This document shows, piece after piece, positions 59,917-64,000 of a DNA stretch of 64,000 nucleotides. Made by a program: the position numbers and the translations under genes. Source of the DNA: Cyanidioschyzon merolae (Eukaryota); the NCBI GenBank assembly GCA_000091205.1, contig AP006500.2. The stretch is one strand, 5' to 3'. The notes under the pieces were generated by a model. That model did not search any database. It was not told the origin of the DNA and saw only the letters and a program-made list of their open reading frames with translations. Numbering within the stretch: the first letter of the stretch is position 1; every line of letters starts with the position of its first letter.

Positions 59917-62711
59917 CGACGTGCGCTTTGTCCCGCAAGACTCGGAACCCAGTGTTGAAGCGGAATTCTCGAACGCAGAGCTGCTGCGGATCGTCCGTCG
60001 GACGTGTTGACGCCGCGTCGCGTCACGTGACGTGGCGCCGCTCCGATGCGCATACGTTATTTACAATAAAGTACAAGTTTTAACCTAGCGTGCTGGGAGC
60101 GGTACAGGGACTCTCGATTTCTGGAAATTTATGGACATTGGCGTGGGCCTTCTCATCGGCGGCGTGCGGCTGGACGCCGCTAGGGCGCATCGCACGACAT
60201 TGATGTCCGTATAGAATGGAGCTGGTCCACGTCATGATCTCGGGCGAACACGCAAAAATTTGGTTTTCTACTGTTGGCATGAACACGGGCCCTTGCGGGC
60301 TTTCTCTGGGACTGCTCCCTTTTTGCCATTCTAGGCTCCTGCTTAACATGCATCGGTATCTCCTGTGCCTCCAGCTCCGTTGTCCGTAGTCGAAGCACGT
60401 GGATGGCAGCGTTAAACTCGCGACTAAAGAGCGAAGGGCTGCTGCTCGCGCATACGCGATTATCACATAGAAAGTTGTTATGATCTAGGCGTCGCTTGCC
60501 ATTTTCATCTTTTTTGTTTGGAGCCTAGATTCGCGCTCCGGAGCGTGAACATTTGATTTGCTCGGGTGTGCCACATATGTCCACCAATGCCCCGCATCCT
60601 CCTCCGAGACCCATACTGTGGCGCGTGAAGGCTTGTTTCGTCGCTCAATACATGCCGTTGATGAGCACAGTGGGCTAGCATCGATACTCTCATCTGTTTT
60701 CACTCCAACCGCCGAACCTGACGAAGGGGGTTTTGTTCAGAGCGCCCTCAGTGCATACTATGTGGGGTGCTCATGCAAGCGAACGCTGTTCCATTGGATA
60801 CAAGCTTTCCTGAACGCGAAGCCTTCCATGATGAAACATTTACTTGAAGGAAAGCGCAAGCAGGCGAAGAGATGAAGAAACTTCCATCCGTCTACGCTCC
60901 GTTCATGCAAAGCGATGACCTGCTCTCCACTGGAAGCGATCGCCCCAGCGATGAAATATCGTGTGCAAGCCCGTTTCTTGACTAGCACAAGAGACGCCAG
61001 CCAATTAGATGTTCTCTTATGAACGGTTTTGCGCTGCTTCGGAATGCCGTTTGTCGATGGTCGTGAATTTAGAAGTAATTGTGTTTCGAGTGGGCTCCAT
61101 TATTTTATGTGGAAGGTTCATCGAGTTTTCGGAATGAGTTTGTGAACAAGTCGCCATTTTGAGGACGTCGAGTGCCTTTCACTGTCAATCCAGAGGCCCG
61201 AATGGCTGTACCCACGAGTTACCTTGAAACAGAAAACTCGAAAAATTGAACATTGCATGTTTTCAGCAGTCTACAAGTGCGCAAAAGAGAAGCGCTGATG
61301 TTTCTACACATGCATTGGATGATGATATCGGATCGAATGCGAACCCCTATTCGAGGACTTGGAGAATTTTCTTTATGAAAGTGACGTAACGAATTCCAGA
61401 TGAAAGAATCGCGGAAGCAGCTCCGAAATAGCGACCGAGAATCCTGAAACTGCACGCTCATCCGAAGGCCCTTCATCCTGGACTTTTAATGCCTAGCGGG
61501 TAATTCTAAAACCAGCTCGAACATGGACCCAAGTACAGAAAGAGATCATGCAGTACAGTGTTCCATTTCCATCTGACATGGCATTGGATACGCGCCACCT
61601 TCTCCAAGCAAGGTTCAGCGAGCCGGTAGCGCATGCGGATCCAGCGCTCCATGCAATTCCTCATCGGTGAATACCGACCGACGACCCGTGAAGCGAATCT
61701 GCGATGCAGTCCAAACACGATTGCAAGGGCGAGGCTCGGTGCCCAGGGACTCGTCCTCATCGGCGGACTTGTCCAACGCCTCGGGCCGCGGAGACAGGCC
61801 TACGTACGCAGCCTGTCCGAGCACACACTGACGTACAGACGCGATTACGCATGGGGTGAAACATTCCTCGAATGGAAACATTCAGCCGTATGGCAAAGCT
61901 AGTGCGTCTCCGAGCTGCATTCGCAGTGTCGGTATAGATGACATTGCGGATGTGCGCGGCAGGCTCTGGGTACGGTGTCCATGCAAAACGACCATCCTGC
62001 CCGCCATAACTGTACGGGTGATGGCTCTCGGACCATGAGGTTACAGTGCGACATAATAGACACACTCCCATATGCCGGTACTCATTGCACAGTCGCAGAT
62101 TCCTGGTTCTCGTAAACGAATATGCAAGGAGATATCCCGCGCGCCGCTCCTCTATGCATCGATTCCGCCACAGAGCGCCTGCAGCGGGGCACACACCCAG
62201 CGACCCCGTTCACGGAATAGCTGACTCGAGCCTTATCACCACATGACCAACCCGTATTCTATTGTAAACGGAGAGCGAAAGCATGAACGCTGCGAGCCGT
62301 TACTACCCAACGCTCTCCGGCTGGTCGATGACGTCCTGTCTTCCGCGTGCAGCGACGCAGCTGTAGACGAAACGGCGCGCGCTACGCATACCCTGTCGCA
62401 GTGTGGATTTTTTAATCGGACAGAACTTTTGCACAGGCCAGCGTTCCCCGACTGTGCGCTTCATATCAGCGCATGGTAAAGCATCCATCATTCCACGCCC
62501 TACTTCCAAGTTCCACTACCAATACTTCCTCTCAGATATACCAGTCGTTTGATCCGTTCTATCGTGTGCCGGGTGCATGCCCTGATCATCGGCGATAGCG
62601 CCTAGAGCGCCGGAGCGCGCTGCCGATGCGCGCGTCGCCGACGCCGCATCCGTGATTCCACGTTTCAACGCGCTCACACGAGCGATACGAAACCTCACCT
62701 GTTTTCACTCT

Positions 62712-63878
62712 ATGGCGAGTACTGCTACGCATCGAGCGGAGCGTCTAGTCGGGGATGAAGTTTGGGACCCAGAAACCCAAGAGGTTCACGGCGGTCAGAC
62801 GTGGCAACGCTGCGGAGACGCGTTCGTGGAGGACTTTTCCGTCACCACAAATGCGTTAGGGGCACCGGCGTCCGCACTTGGTGCTGCGCGAGAAGCTCTC
62901 AGCCTGGTCCACCATTACCCCGCGGCGGACTGTGCCGAGGCCCTTAGAGCGCTGTCAGCGTTTTTAGGCGGCTGGCCGACAGATCAGCTCCTTCTCGGCA
63001 ACGGTGCGAGCGAGTTCATCGATCTCGTGATGCGTGTCGCAACCCGAGCCGGCGGTGGCGTTTGTCGAACTGGCCCCTACGAAGCTGCGTACCGGGAATA
63101 CGACAGGGCGGCACGGGCCGCAGCTCGGCGGGTTTGTACCTGGGCCGATACCGAAAACGGCGACGCGCTCACGCTCGGAGAGCAGGTCGGTGTCACCGTG
63201 ATTGTGCACCCGAACTCTCCGACTGGAGACTGTGCTTCCCTCGAGCAACTGGAGGCGTGGATTCGAACCCCGAGCCCAGTAGAGGCGCCCGATGCGGTCT
63301 TCGTAATTGACGAGTCCTTCATGCCGTTTCAGGGTCCACAATGGCGAGCGCAGTCTGCGCTGCAGCTCGTGGAACGGTACCCGTCTCGAGTTCTGGTCAT
63401 CCAGTCGTGGACGAAGCTATGGTGTTGTCCAGGGCTGCGGCTGGGTTCCATCGCCGGATCCAAAGCTTGGATTCGAGAGTTGAAGCGCCTGCAAACGCCG
63501 TGGAGCTGTAACACGATGGCGCAGGCGTTTTGCGTCGCTGCCGCATACGATACCGCCTACATGCAATCAACGTGGCAATTGCTGCCTAAATGGCGGGAAC
63601 GGCAGGAGCAGCTCTTGAAAGCGTTTCCGCTGCGCTGGAGTGTGAATGAGAACAGCCCCCGATGGGTGCCTTGGGTCTACGTCAACTGTGGCAGTGCGGA
63701 GATCGCTGAACGTGCAACGGCCTGTGCTTTCCGGGCCGGATGCCCCGTGAGATGGTGCGCGTCCTTTGGTCGACCGACGTGTCTGCGTCTTGGCGTACGC
63801 GCACCCGAGAAACAGGATATTCTCATGAGCGCACTTCGAATGGAATTCGCCTCGGACGGCTACGAGGCGTCATCGTAG
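62712..63878 (+). CDS. Class I/II PLP-dependent aminotransferase of the HisC/CobD family (histidinol-phosphate aminotransferase or threonine-phosphate decarboxylase-like).
   Basis: The track ORF starts at a GTG at 62652. The first ATG is 62712. Contains VIVHPNSPTG (the N-P-x-N-P-T-G motif) and the PLP-lysine region SWTKLWCCPGLRLGSIAG. The N-terminus has HGGQ, as in HisC/CobD. Confidence 0.7.
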   Translation: MASTATHRAERLVGDEVWDPETQEVHGGQTWQRCGDAFVEDFSVTTNALGAPASALGAAREALSLVHHYPAADCAEALRALSAFLGGWPTDQLLLGNGASEFIDLVMRVATRAGGGVCRTGPYEAAYREYDRAARAAARRVCTWADTENGDALTLGEQVGVTVIVHPNSPTGDCASLEQLEAWIRTPSPVEAPDAVFVIDESFMPFQGPQWRAQSALQLVERYPSRVLVIQSWTKLWCCPGLRLGSIAGSKAWIRELKRLQTPWSCNTMAQAFCVAAAYDTAYMQSTWQLLPKWRERQEQLLKAFPLRWSVNENSPRWVPWVYVNCGSAEIAERATACAFRAGCPVRWCASFGRPTCLRLGVRAPEKQDILMSALRMEFASDGYEASS

Positions 63879-64000
63879 CGCGTCAGGCGCTTGGTGCGGC
63901 ATCCACATGCAACTGCGAACATGACTGTGCGCCGCGGGGATCATGCGCACGCGTCGAGGTACGCGGTAGGGATCACGAGTCCCTGCCAGGGACCAACAGG

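Overview
This window reads as nuclear DNA from a GC-rich, intron-poor eukaryote that carries a plastid, most likely a red or green alga. It is not prokaryotic or viral. The evidence is a full-length DNA polymerase zeta REV3 gene, a cytosolic ribosomal protein L13a, and several nuclear genes for organelle-type proteins with N-terminal presequences: plant-type ketol-acid reductoisomerase, TypA/BipA GTPase, an S1-domain protein, GABA transaminase and TAM41. A CCT-like motif protein is also present. About 20 protein genes are recognisable, nearly all as single uninterrupted ORFs. Only one intron is supported (in the S1-domain gene), and a partial CYP51-type P450 gene runs off the left edge. The provided ORF track uses non-ATG starts, so the gene starts listed here were re-set to the first sensible in-frame ATG. 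Many long antisense ORFs are the expected artefact of high GC. No defence system or operon-like system is present. The things worth a second look are a frameshifted Tc1/mariner-like transposase fossil in an AT-richer island; three structured minisatellites (85 bp, 59 bp, 45 bp) in intergenic or promoter regions; a 4.4 kb ORF-poor, lower-GC island; a hairpin plus T10 run directly before one start codon; and two large uncharacterised proteins. All similarity calls come from reading the translations by eye. No database search was run.
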